DNA of 64,000 nt from Tubiluchus corallicola (taxonomy: Eukaryota; Animalia; Priapulida), in the NCBI GenBank assembly GCA_030141605.1, contig JAQGDQ010000571.1, positions 1 through 64,000 of the forward strand. The letters run 5' to 3'. The notes beneath the pieces are model-generated. The model was given only the letters and a program-made list of their open reading frames with translations, made no database searches and was not told the origin of the DNA. The first letter of the stretch is position 1. Each line of letters opens with the position of its first letter. The position numbers and the translations under genes were made by a program. Positions 14,190 to 26,550 of the stretch are shown piece by piece.

Positions 14190-14235
14190 TTGAGCTCGGA
14201 TTTGAACCAGGCACTTTGGAGTACGGCAGGAGGGA
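14190..14235 (-). mobile_element. tRNA-derived SINE remnant
   Basis: B-box GGTTCAAATCC on the - strand at 14198-14208. Confidence 0.35.
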
Positions 14236-14829
14236 GATTGATATATAATGCTGTTAACCTTGTAGCTCAAAGGTTTATGGTTCGGCTCACCTGTTTTCTA
14301 ATTTTTCCTTTATACCTGCCTCCGGTTTCAGGAGTTTGATGACGTGTGGGTTCCTCTTTTTCCTCCAGTCTGAGTGGTCTATTTTGGATAGAGATGAAAA
14401 CTGTTGTAATGCCGCTTGGACCATTTTTTGTATTTTGGTAACTGGCTTCTTAGTACTCTGGCCATCTGACCACATATAAGACAGGTTCTAGGAAGTGTTC
14501 GTGCATATTTTAATTTACTTGTTGAATAATCTGGTAGGCCAAAGACTTGTAACTTATATGCAATGTTCTTCCAAGAATCTACATGTAATCTGTTTTTAAT
14601 AAAAGTATTTTGAGCTCCCTTGTAAGCACAGAATTTCATAAAACTGTCCATCCATCATTCCCTGTAATATTTTGGTAATATTCTCCAGGCGCTCGGTTTT
14701 GCTTCTCGTTTTCTCGTTAGTAACCGATGAATCTTCCTAATCAAAATTTTCTGAAGATTTTTCCCAATGTTTTTCTACTTACCAGCATAATCAGTCAAAT
14801 GTGTTTTACCTTCTGTGAGCAATTTTGTG

Positions 14830-15302
14830 TTGCAGCTTAGTAGCTTAAATGACAAGAAAAGGGATATCTGAAGTAGGTTTCAGAAAAATCGCCTTAAAAA
14901 TTATACTACTCTACAGAAATTTTATGCATATAACGTACTTGCGTTAAAACGCATTGTCGTTTGTTTTCATTCTAAATCTCTCGTAGTGCTGTTCCGCGCC
15001 ATTACGTGACATCATATACGCAAATGTAAATTAGAGGGACAAAATAAAATGCTAAATTACACCCAAAATACTTTCCAAGCAAATCTATATTATTTAACAT
15101 TTCGCTTATCTGCTGGAAAGACTTCTGTAACTAGACTAATAATTAGAAATTTTCATGCCATGTAAAATGTCTCTGGCTCACCCTCCAGAGTTCACCACTC
15201 ACTAACCAAAAACGTATTTTTAATCTTACAGTAATTTGAAATTTTACATGGTTAGTAATATGTGTGCTATGAATGCTCTGGTTATTTTTCAAACTTCACA
15301 CA
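14830..15302 (-). mobile_element. Family A copy with a shared flanking segment (also at 48410-48515)
   Basis: gacaagaaa..ggata.ctgaa..gtaggtttcaga.aaatcgcctt precedes family A sequence at both loci. Confidence 0.75.
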
Positions 15303-15456
15303 ATCCCAGAGTTTTCGGGTCACTATTTTCGTGCCTTTAAGATTGTAGGCTGTGTGGGATGCATAAGGCCTTTACACTTTGTATTGAATTGTTCTGTACT
15401 GTGACTCGACATTTCTGTGTCCCCCTAGCAAAAGTTTATGTGCCACCCTGTACTTT

Positions 15457-15843
15457 CAACTTGCTGAAGGTTGTGTACCAACCTGTAGTTGCACGATTGA
15501 ACTTGCTGAAGGTTATGTACCACCCTGTACTTACCCGATTGAACTTGCTGAAGGTTATGTACCACCCTGTACTTACACGATCAAACTTGCTGTGTGAAGG
15601 TTATGTACCACCCTGTACTTACATGATCGAACTTATACTGCAGGTTATGTACCACCCTGTTCTTACACGATTGAACTTGCTGAAGGTTATGTACCACCCT
15701 GTACTTAAACGATTGAACTTGCTGAAGGTTATGTATCACCCTGTACTTACACGATTGAACTTGCTGAAGGTTATGTACCACCCTGTACTTACACGATCAA
15801 ACTTGCTGTGTGAAGGTTATGTACCACCCTGTTATGTACCACC
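15457..15843. repeat. 42-bp minisatellite, about 9 copies
   Basis: Unit gaacttgctgaaggttatgtaccaccctgtacttacacgatt; gives the LNLLKVMYHPVLTR pseudo-ORF. Confidence 0.95.
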
Positions 15844-15844
15844 A

Positions 15845-16600
15845 AATTGCTACTTATCAAACAGAAACCAGCGTGTTAAGTACAATAGTTATGCCAGTGA
15901 TTGGTTAAATATCGAAAGTGGAGTCCCACAAGGATCCATAATGGGACCCATTCTTTTTAATATTTTTGTAAATGACAAAATTTTGCAGATGACAATACTG
16001 TAGTAAATGCAACTAAAACCCATGTCTTCCAAGGATAGGTTAAAGGCAAATATGCAGGAAGCCGTTGAGTGGTTCAATTCCAACAAAATGAAAATAAATC
16101 CTGATAAATTTCAGGCACTAATTGCAGCACCACACTTGAGTGAATGCGAAAACATGATCATCAACATTGCTGGTTGCGACATAATGTGTTATAAATTGGT
16201 CAAACTTCTTCGAGTACATATTGACCAACATATGACTTTCTCAGTTCATATAAGTGCATTTTGCTAAAAATCTGCAAGGCAAATTAATGCTTTTAGCAGA
16301 ATTTGTTAATTTTTTTGGTAAAAAAGCCAGACTCCTATTATTTAACACTTTTATACTTTCTAACTTCAATTTTTGTCCAGTTGTCTGATGCTTTTGTCAT
16401 CAAACTGACAAGCTTGAGAAAACTGCAAGTTCGTGCAATAAGATATGTAACACGTGTCTTTAGATCAAATCACCTATTATACAATGCAGGTGTACCTCTT
16501 AAAAGTTATAATATTACATTCGCTTGCCATAGAAACGTTCATGATGGATCATGATTCCTCCCCAGCTTTTTTGTCAGGTCTTATAACTATGGTCTTAAAT
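15845..16600 (+). mobile_element. 5'-truncated CR1/L2-type LINE reverse transcriptase relic
   Basis: YLSNRNQRV..SGVPQGSIMGPILFNIFVND, frameshifted FADD (tttgcagatgac), WFNSNKMKINPDKFQ; stops and frameshifts throughout. Confidence 0.92.
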
Positions 16601-17060
16601 GTAAATCTTGTCTTAAAATAAACTATTTTACTTACTAGCTACATTCTGGTCTGTAATGTTTAATTAGCTAATATCATTGAAATTTTGCAAAATTTTTGAT
16701 GATTATTTTAGAAAATTTAGATCATATGTCAACATGGTGTTTGGAATGGAAATCGTTCCGTTTTCCAGTAAGATTCGTGCAGATAAGCAAGGTTGTGGAT
16801 GTTAGCTGCTCATTAGCTTGCTAGCAGCATGAGGTAAATTTAAAACTTCCGCTCGATTAGCTGCTCCTGGAAAATTAATCGAGAAGTTTCATTTGAATGT
16901 GTCTGTCACCGGGGTGAGGGGAAATTGCACTGCTTCTCAACAAGTACCGCCTGATGAGTTTCTTCATTTCAGGAAGAGGAGCTAGTTACGATATGTAAAA
17001 GAACTGGCATTTAATCTCTCAGCTTGTATGACTTACTGAAGGAAATGATGTAAGAATAAG

Positions 17061-17843
17061 TTAAAGGAAAACCGGACGCAAATTCTTAAACAGCAGCTCA
17101 AAAGAGTTTACCCTATGAAATACTGAACAGGAACATACTGTTTTTCAAGAATGACTTTCGTGCGAGTATTATTACATGAAAAATGTAATTTCACATTTGC
17201 GTGTCTAGTTCTTCACTGTTACATGCATTTCGCCACTCGCTGGTTAGATGGACACTAGTACCTGCATCTCGGAAATGGATTGCACAAAAACAGGTGTTGT
17301 GCCTCCCAGTTCAGAAATGCTCAGTTGTGACATAGTGCACGAGTTTAAGCACTCATCCATGACCACACCAATAAACTTGAAATTTGAATTTTAAACTGAA
17401 AATTTGCAGACTTTTTGTATATCACACAATAGTACATTTCTCTTTAGTAAAATAGTATTTTCTTTTTTTGTAGTAAGACGTACAAGACGTTCACCAAATG
17501 TTTGTGCTGGTCAAAATAATATTCACTTGTGTTGTCATCACTAACTGGGCTCGCTATTGATACTAACATAATTTTCAACAGCAAAAATATTCAAAACTGA
17601 GAGGTACAGCACCTGTTTTTTGTGCAACACTTTACTGAATGCAGGTGCTAGTACCCGTCTAACTAGCGAATGGCAAAATGCATGTAACAGCGAAGAATTA
17701 GTGGTGCGCATATGAAATTGTGTTTGTGTGGTAATAATTCTTTCACGTAAGTGATTTTTGCAAAAATGGTGTTTCCTTTCAATATTTTAAAGAGTAGATT
17801 GTTTTGACTTACAGTTTTAGATTGGGCCCTGGTTTTGTTTTAA
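17061..17843. mobile_element. Two partial family B MITE copies in opposite orientation
   Basis: 17061-17320 and 17595-17843 each match 4519-4893; outer ends TTAA-AGGAAAACCGG and GGTTTTGTT-TTAA. Confidence 0.7.
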
Positions 17844-17889
17844 TACATCTTAGGTTCATCATCATATCATATTACGTGTTATAACACGA

Positions 17890-18240
17890 ATGACATAACA
17901 TTGTTTAATCTTCTGCTGGCAAACACTTTGGTCCTCAGCTGCTCTCCAAGATGAAGTATGTTTCAGTAGCAGAGATGCCTCACAGAAATCTTTTTCCATG
18001 ACATCCATCCCGTGCAAGTAATCTGCCACCTCTTGTTTTTTGATGATTGAATAGGTTCATTGAAAACTTTAACAAGTGGACTATCTTCAGGTAACCTCTG
18101 AGCATGGTCCACCCAGTTACGTCTTCTACATTTAATCTTCCTGGCCCATTTCTCTTCTTTGATTTCATCGTAGAAATCTTTGTTGCTTATAAATTTCGAC
18201 CGTTTTATGTGCAATAATGATCTGAACAACCCTCTTTGAT
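17890..18240 (-). mobile_element. RTE-type LINE 3' fragment
   Basis: FRSLLHIK..ISNKDFY..KIKCRRRNWVDHAQRLPEDSPL, and KTRGG in another frame; resembles the RTE C-terminus (RRLxWxGHxxR). Confidence 0.75.
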
Positions 18241-18943
18241 GAGTCAGTCTGCAGTTGCTAATCTACTTATTTAATTACTAGGTTATAATTACATCAGAAT
18301 ACAGCTTTTCCAGTCAGTTGTTATTGAGAAGACATACTAGCAGATCACACGTCAAAAATCCCACTCGATCAACAATCAGGAATAATCAGTCTATAAAAAA
18401 TCATTAAAAAAGGTTTTTATATGGAGCTCCCAAATGAGGTTGCAGGAGTCTGTTGTTTTGACTTGCTGTAAGAAATGGATTGGCACTCCTGATTGATTTA
18501 ACAGGCTGGACACAGTTATTGATTGGTGCCATTATTATTAATCAATAGCCAACTGGTGCAGATATTATTACAGCTACTTTTGCACATTAATTGGTAGCAA
18601 AAAGATCGTAGATTTAATTCCCCGGGTTAGTTCAGATTTTTTTATAATTTTCTTTCTAACACAAGTTATGCAGCGACGATACTGCTTGAAACTATATACT
18701 ATTCTATTAACTTCATTATTTCTTCAATTTCGGTTCCTTCATTTAATCAATAAGATCCAATATTCTAAATTTAACATTGACAATAAAATGATTCCGACAA
18801 TTTTACAACATTGTTTGCTCAGCTAAGTCACGCTGGTATAGTATTTCATTAGCTTCATTATAATTTTTCTGCTCTTTGATGAATAAGAAAACGAATTAGT
18901 TTATGCTCGTGTTTACATTATGTTGCCTAGCAACTAAACCATT

Positions 18944-19145
18944 GAGGGGCGGTTCCAGTCACAGGGAGAAGGATTATGATTAGTTAATATGTCGTTTGCA
19001 TTTTGTTAATTAGCGTCCGGGAATTAGAGTGTTTAGGGGCGGTTCCAATCATGGAAGGAGGATTGCGATTAACTGACTTAGCGTTAACATTTTACTAATT
19101 ATCACCTCGCAAGGTTTAGTGGCGGTTCCAACCGCGGGGAGCAGG
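18944..19145. repeat. Three diverged ~87-bp tandem copies
   Basis: Recurring ggcggttcca..c..gg..ga.gga core near 18948, 19037 and 19121. Confidence 0.65.
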
Positions 19146-19589
19146 AGTCTGGGTCAAATGTGGGTGCCATTTTAAGAATTTGTCGGAATAATAAGATTAA
19201 TACGTGCGAATCTGTGACGATTCTGTCAAATTTCTCAGCCGCGAATCACTGTTTCTCATTTGGGCGCTCCAGCCATTGCGTCTATCATACGACCGTGGAT
19301 TTGCATCTGTTTAATTAGCTTTATCCGGCTAGAGTGCAAACTGTGCAGCTGAGGCAGAGGAGAATAATTGCGTTTGTTTGTGACTTGTGGCTTCAATGTA
19401 GGAGGTTGTGTACATACGAACTCGGACTTTGTGTAATAGAGGTAGTGCCATTTATACCCTTCTGGGGTTGATACTGTGTCGTTGCATTTATTTTTAATTC
19501 TTTATAGTTAAAAACAGCACAACTTTTTGAAAACTTTTACATTGAAAAGTTAAAAGTTAATATCATGCCAAACGTTTCGACTAGCTGCT

Positions 19590-19892
19590 GATTAGATGAG
19601 ATTCAATTAGACTAGCATACGCAGGCATCAGCTAGAATTAGATGAGATTAGAATAGATTAGATTAGATTGAATTAGATTAGATTAGATTCAATTAGACTA
19701 GCATGCGCAGGCATCAGCTAGAATTAGACGACACGAGATTAGAATAGATTAGATTAAATTAGATTGTATTGATTATATTATATTATATTAGATTCAGTTA
19801 GACTAGCATATGCAGGCAGCAGCTAGAATTAGATGACATGAGATTAGAAAAGAATAGATTAGATTAGATTAGATTCAATTAGACTAGCATAT
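19590..19892. repeat. Composite (ATTAG)n microsatellite with a repeated ~45-bp cassette
   Basis: ttcaattagactagcat..gcaggcatcagctagaattaga repeated 3-4 times between ATTAG runs. Confidence 0.9.
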
Positions 19893-20139
19893 TCTTGGCA
19901 CGATGGATGTTATTTGAATCTTGACTAGATTTAAACGACTCTACTAAATCTGTTTCTAATCATTTCAGTTTTGCAAATTATTTGTTTCTATTGCAAGTTT
20001 TTATTTGAACCAAGACGGTCTGCCTGCAGCAGTACACGAAATAACTATTTTCTTGTCATATTTGCCCGTTTGACATTTTATGTACCATTTGCTGATATTA
20101 TGCTCTGATAATAGCTGCGCACTGAGTTCTAGAAACGCA

Positions 20140-20545
20140 GCCGAACTGCGCATGCCCGGATTTACTTACCGGCTGTTTGCAGTTTGACGATTTGAAGCAT
20201 TTTGATGCTGAACGGTCGGTCATATGTTTCTGATGCTGTTGATAATCGGGGATCACGTGAGTTTAAGAGTTTTGCGATTATGTTGTGTCTTGCGCAAGTT
20301 TGTTTGCTAGTCAACAGCGTGCCGGTTGGCAATCTCTCTACTTGTTTTTTATTTGTTCATTAGCGTCACGTGATCTTCTACGTAGTTACGTAATTGTTAG
20401 TAATTTGTTATACTAATTTGTTATATGAGAATTCGTTGATTAGTTGCTGATTTTTTGATATGTTGATACGTCATTGTCTTCGTTCGAGGTTCAGTGAAAG
20501 CAATCTTATTTTGTGTGATGTAATCACGTGTTTTGACGTCATCAC
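20140..20545. promoter_or_regulatory. CpG-enriched promoter-like motif cluster
   Basis: NRF1-like TGCGCATGCCC at 20147, TCACGTG(A) E-boxes at 20253, 20366 and 20524, CRE TGACGTCA at 20534, minus-strand G|GTAAGT donor at 20169. Confidence 0.45.
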
Positions 20546-20887
20546 TGCCCACCAATAACTGTCACAAAGTAGTTGCTGCACTAATTATTATGAGCTCGTT
20601 GTCTTGCTTGGTGAGTGAGCAAAAAGTTTTGCCATCTTCTGCGATGAGTCTCTGTCTGTGTGTCCGTCCGTCTGTCTGACTGCCTGCCACTCTGTCTGAT
20701 TTTCTCACTTAACTCTCTTCGTATATCGCTCTGTCTTTGTTCTCCTTCTTCTTCCTTCTTACTCCTTTCTTCTCTCGCCATCCCTGCCGTTCCCCTTCTT
20801 TCCTCCTTGCCTTTTATTCCACTGTCTCCTTCTTTATCTTCTTTGCCTCTCTTTCATTTGATTACTTGTGTTAGTGCTTCTCGTTAT

Positions 20888-21273
<386 letters not shown>

Positions 21274-21720
21274 CCCTCAGGCGATAAATCTCCCACATCA
21301 TTCATATTGATGCATATGCACTATAACCTGCCATATTCCTCGTATGAATATCATTGGCTTTGGCAAGCTCTCTAGAGCTTTTATCTACGCATTAATGCCA
21401 ATCACGAGCAATTCTGACCTATTAGAAGAGAAATCCATTAAGCCATGCATTCCGGAAGCGTAGCCGGACGCTGTTCTACCTGATTGTCCTGCTGCTGCTA
21501 CCGAGCGTTATCGTGCTCGTTGATGCGTAGCAATTCTCATTTTCAAACGTACTGAGGTCAATCTGTTTGCTGTTGATGATGGCGACAATTTCAGGTTCCT
21601 TAAGGAGATTAGTACAAAATCCGTTAACTCTAGATGCGTTTCCCTGGTAGAGATTACACTAAGTACTTTATAATTCATTGGAACATTACTTGGCACACAC
21701 GATTCAATGTAATATCCTCA

Positions 21721-21935
21721 GCTAAGTCACTGCTCTTGGGAATGCTCGGATGGTCAACTCCATTCTCATTTTCAAAAGCAAATAGCTGTTGCCATATGAT
21801 TAGTTGTAACAGCCTAGCCTAAATCACTGCTCTTGGGAATGCTCGGATGGTCAACTCCATTCTCATCTTCAAAAGCGAATAACTGTTGCCATATGATTCG
21901 TTGTAACAACTTAGCCTAAATCACTGCTCTTGGGA
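21721..21935. repeat. ~97-bp tandem duplication (2.2 copies)
   Basis: tcactgctcttgggaa(tgctcggatggtcaactcc) at about 21727, 21824 and 21921. Confidence 0.9.
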
Positions 21936-23334
21936 ACAGCAGTTGTACTCATAGAAAGCCACAGTTAATCAAAAAGTGTGCCAATCTATCCATCGAAACA
22001 GTTATTTATGGTTATAATATTTATTCCACAAATCTCACCATACCATTTGATAACTACTAGTCTGGTAATATTTCGAATTTATACTACCGTATATGACGAT
22101 TTACTATACATCGATGCATTCCCTTAACACAATAAAGTATCTTGTATCAAAAGTGTAAATCTACACACTTTAGGATAAAAAAATAAAGGACACTGGTGTT
22201 GCAATCAATGATTCTAGTGCATTCAGTGGTGGAAACCCACCGTGTACCATGAAATCGCTGTATCTGATGAGCGCCTAAAAGCCTCGTGGCAAGATTATGC
22301 AATATTCAAAATGACGAATTTGAAATATTGAAATTTCACAAAATTTTGACGATTTTCGATGGTTCGCATGACTCCGCAAATACACTATCCCATTTAAAAT
22401 ATAGGGAAGGAAAAATCATTGGTGATAGGTGGTAAGTTGAACTCAGTCGCAGTTACACAGTTTACTAGTTTGGGATGTTAGGGAATGAAATAAATGTGCA
22501 TGAATAAATAAATACACTTTCGCATCTGTATCAGAGATTATGATTCTCTGAGAACTCCACTTCTGTCAGCCTCTTGGGCTACATGCAGAATAGATACGTT
22601 CTTCTAATCGGTTTCAATAAGGAACTGAGTTGAGCTCATTCAGCGTGGTGCATCTCTCGTGCAATCCCTAAGGTAACTGCAGTTCAGCATTTTCGGAAAA
22701 CTGGATTTACGAAAAGCTGAAAATGCTCTTTTATGTAAATGGGCTTCTTCATTGGATTAAACAGTTTGACTTTTACATATGCAAACAAAACTTGTTGCCA
22801 TTTTACTATGAAACTGTTCAAACAACATCACAAACAACATGTCTTGTCAAATTTAAACAATTTGAGCGTTAGATTCAAATTAATCATAAAATACATACAC
22901 AGTAAAACACAGCCAAACAAAAATGGCTGCTCTAAAACGTTCAATTTTCGGACTTCATTTAAAAACATTTATGTTATAAGTATCTTGTAGTTGCAGTGGT
23001 AACTTACAGCTATAATTGAAAAAGCTTTGCCACCAGCAAAAAAGCCATGGGCAGAGTAGAGTGATTGTTGGTTGTTCTTCCAGAAGATTGTCATTCTATT
23101 TGAGAACTCTCATGTCATGCAAAGCCTTTTTATATATCGTTGCATTACTTTTAATTTGGCATACCATGCCCTAAATGCAACTTAGGTCAGCAAGTATGCC
23201 TCTAGGCCTAATATGCCACATCTTCTTTTTGTAACATCCAAGACTCACAAAACAATGTAATTTGCAAGGATTCAAGGACACTTCTCTCCTTCTTATCTCT
23301 AACAAGTTTTTTTGTTTGAAAGTGTGTTACTTCT

Positions 23335-24200
23335 TTTTCTTCGTCTCCTCCACCGCTTGATGTGAAACCTGCAGCTTGACGATTCTGAGGTATTGAACCT
23401 TGGTCCTCCCCACTCTCAACATAATTGACGTGATACCCATACATAATGATTCTGAGCAGGCTTCTTTGAGTTTGAGTTTTTGTCCCCTACACTCTTTAGA
23501 TGCACCACCTGACGTGAAACCAGTGCTTGCTGACTCTGAGCAGCTCCTTTGAGCATTTGTCCACTCCACTCTTTGCACAGCTGAACCCAGTGCATGGTGG
23601 CTCTGAGCAGCTCATGCCAGCCTCTGGTTCCTCCACTCTCTGCTCAATTTAACATGAAACCAGTGCCTGGTGACTTTGTGCAGGCTTCCGTGAGCCCCTG
23701 TCTCTTCCACCTTCTGCATAGTTTGACGTGAAATCCATGCTTGCCAGATCTGAGCAGGGTTCTCTCAGCCTCTGTCTGCTTCACCTTCTGCATAGCTTGA
23801 CGTGAAACCCATGCTTGCCAGATCTGAGCAGGGTTCTCTCAGCCTCTGTCTGCTTCACCTTCTGCATAGCTAGATGTGAAGCCCACTCTTGACCATTCTG
23901 AGCAGGGTTCTCTCAGCCTCTGTCTGCTTCACCTTCTGCATAGCTTGATGTGAAGCCCACTCTTGACCATTCTGAGCAGGGTTCTCTCAGCCTCTGTCTG
24001 TTTCACCTTCTGCATAGCTTGATGTGAAGCCCACTCTTGACGATTCTGAGCAGGGTTCTGTCAGCCTCTCCTTTCCTCCATCCTGTGCATAGCTTGGCCC
24101 AAAGCTCACCCTTGATGATTTTGGGCAGACTGCTCTTGACCTCTGCCTCCTTCGCCATCTGCACAGCTTGACATGAAGCCAGTGCTTGGTGATTCTGAAC
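23335..24200. repeat. 74-bp tandem array, about 11-12 copies, homogeneous in the centre
   Basis: tctctcagcc recurs at 23761, 23835, 23909 and 23983 (period 74); flanking units are degenerate. Confidence 0.9.
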
Positions 24201-24484
24201 AATCAATACACTGAGCCGATTAGTGGAAAGTCTCTTCAGTCATCAGTGCCTTAGTGCAACTCTCAGCATTAGGGCTATTCATTCATCTATTCAGATAAAA
24301 CGCTTTTAACAAAATTATGATTGGCTTAGTCTGCTGAAGCCTATTACTGTAATCTGGACGCTTTTTGTGTGAGCATAATGGCTTCATTAAGTTCTACCCA
24401 GTGCGGGCAGATCCATTTTGTAGGAAATGGTAGTTTGGAAGATTAATTGACTTAAAGTTCTCTGTTGAAAATGCCGTGGTACCG

Positions 24485-24648
24485 CTGCAGTTTACTTTCT
24501 GTTTATTAGGGTGTTCAAAGGCTCAAAAGTAGTTTGCCTTCGTACGACTGCAGTTTACTTTCTGTTTATTTAGGTGTTCAAAGGTTCAAAAGTAGTTTGC
24601 CTTCGTACGACTGCAGTTTACTTTTTGTTTATTAAGGTGTTCAAAGGC
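24485..24648. repeat. ~62-bp tandem repeat, about 2.6 copies
   Basis: ctgcagtttacttt.tgtttatt..ggtgttcaaagg occurs three times. Confidence 0.9.
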
Positions 24649-25013
24649 CCATTTTTGCAGAATGATGCTGTCTGCATAGATATCCCTTTCTATTTTCTTT
24701 TATAGCAGGTAGTTGTGTCTTCATTTTTGCGTGATTATTTATGCAGTTGGTGTAATCCAGTGTATCCCCCTTTTTGATGTCACCTGTGCATTTAGATGGG
24801 ACATACGAGACTAACTGTAGCCTTGCAGGAAAGTTATGTGTGCCTACATGGGTAATTTTTAGTTAGTTTAAACATAATTTATTATATGATTAGATCAGAC
24901 AAAAACATGATTTAGGATCCTCCCATAATGAACTATATTGTTGACTATACCTGTACAAGTTTTACTACAAGATTACGTTAGATGTTAGTACCAAATGACA
25001 GTTGAAAAATTAA

Positions 25014-25620
25014 TTACGAATATTTGAGACTGGCGCATCTCATGTCAAATAGAAAGTACTGGAAGCATTTAGTACGAAATATAAAGTCATGTATGCATTG
25101 GAATATTTTACAGTTAACAACGTAATTAAATTCATCTTTTCCAAACAATATCAACTTCAACAGATCATTAGTTCCTAAGGCAGCCATATTAAGGTTTTCA
25201 GTCAGGTTTTCATTTAATTCATCAAACATAACAGCCCTAGTTTGTTCATACAATGGGCAGTGCAACAAAAAGTGTTCAACAGACTCAAATCGAAATCCAC
25301 AATTAAAATTCGGCAATACTGGATGACCGTTATTATCTTTACAGCCTTTAGAGAAAATGTCATTGCACAGAAATTGGGGTTTTACCAAATGAAAAATGCT
25401 TCTTACGTGATGAAAAACTTAAATGAGTTTTGAGCTCTTGTTTGAAGTGTGAAATGGATGTAATTTCACGAATGTTCTGTGGTAAGTTGTTCGTACTTGA
25501 GGAATAGTTCTTGTTTGCTTTTTCAAGAGAGGATATGGGCGGCAGACCAGGTTGTGTGTGGTGCCACCTACTGAGAATTATTTTATTGCTTTTAACGACA
25601 GTTCCTATGGCTGTCGGAGA
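25014..25620 (-). mobile_element. LINE (CR1/L2-group) 3' fragment
   Basis: CNCG-like 'NCGFRFESVEHFLLHCPLYEQTR...LILFG..IFQCIHDFIFRTKCF', a typical LINE C-terminus. Confidence 0.8.
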
Positions 25621-25899
25621 CTGGGAGGGCTGTGTATTGATGGCTATTCTGTGTTTTTAGCTATTTTTCTTGAACATTTAATGAGGTTTCTTAATTTGTT
25701 TGATAACCTACAATGGTAACAGCAATATGATTATGACCTTCTATGATCCCTTTCATCTGGTAGCCACAGCTATAGTATTGATCCAATCTGTTTTATCTAA
25801 TCCGTTTACCTTACCTTTTAAAGGTTTTGCGGGTGACCCCCATATTAACAATGTGAACAGCATTTTGGGATAAAGGAGAAAAACACATTGTGATTTCCG

Positions 25900-26550
25900 T
25901 TAAGCTGAGAGATAAACGCCGGTTTTTATGCCATGTTTTGACTCAAGTTTTTCGCGCTTTTTGTTTTATTTGCGTTATAAAAGAACAGAACTCTTCGTTA
26001 AACGGAAACCCGAATTTTACAACTAGATGCTTGTATGCTGGACTACGATTTACAGTTCCGTACAGTGCGCATGCGCAGTGCTCAGGCAGGCGACCCATAC
26101 CGAGAGTGCGTGTTTGCGAATGAGGGTCGTTTATTATTGATGAGCCTGCTGTTAAACGAATTGTATGTAAATAATTTGATTGTGACAAGCCTCAAGCTGC
26201 TGAGTACTTGGTAGTGAAAATTTGGAAACGATTTTAATGGTGTGTTTTTGCCGTTTTTGTTGGGGTCGCGGCGTTGCCGTTCTAACGACGTGATGATTTT
26301 AATAACACGTGGCTGATGAACGTGATATTTTGATGAAATTCTTTGCTTGCGCAACGTAATTTAATTAAACAATCAGCCTGGAGAAGTTTTCAATGATATA
26401 GTCAACAGTCCATTGAAACTCCGGTTCGTTTTTGCTGCCGCTAAATCATAATATCTTCTGTAAATCATGTTTTATTGCGCGTGATGTCAAAACCCATCAA
26501 GATATTTCCAAAGCTAAGCAATTGCGCCGAGCAGACTACGGCAATAAATC
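25900..26550. promoter_or_regulatory. CpG-enriched promoter-like region, candidate POMGNT1 promoter
   Basis: Perfect NRF1 palindrome TGCGCATGCGCA at 26066-26077, locally many CpGs, about 6 kb upstream of the POMGNT1 start exon, which has a splice acceptor. Confidence 0.45.

Noticed and set aside
14287-14800. Coding-looking minus-strand ORFs (90 and 62 aa)
   Set aside because: No family recognised, frames broken, no convincing splice structure; probably a decayed TE.
22255-22295. CTGATGAG hammerhead-like start (also near 16950)
   Set aside because: No properly placed stem II plus GAAA box.
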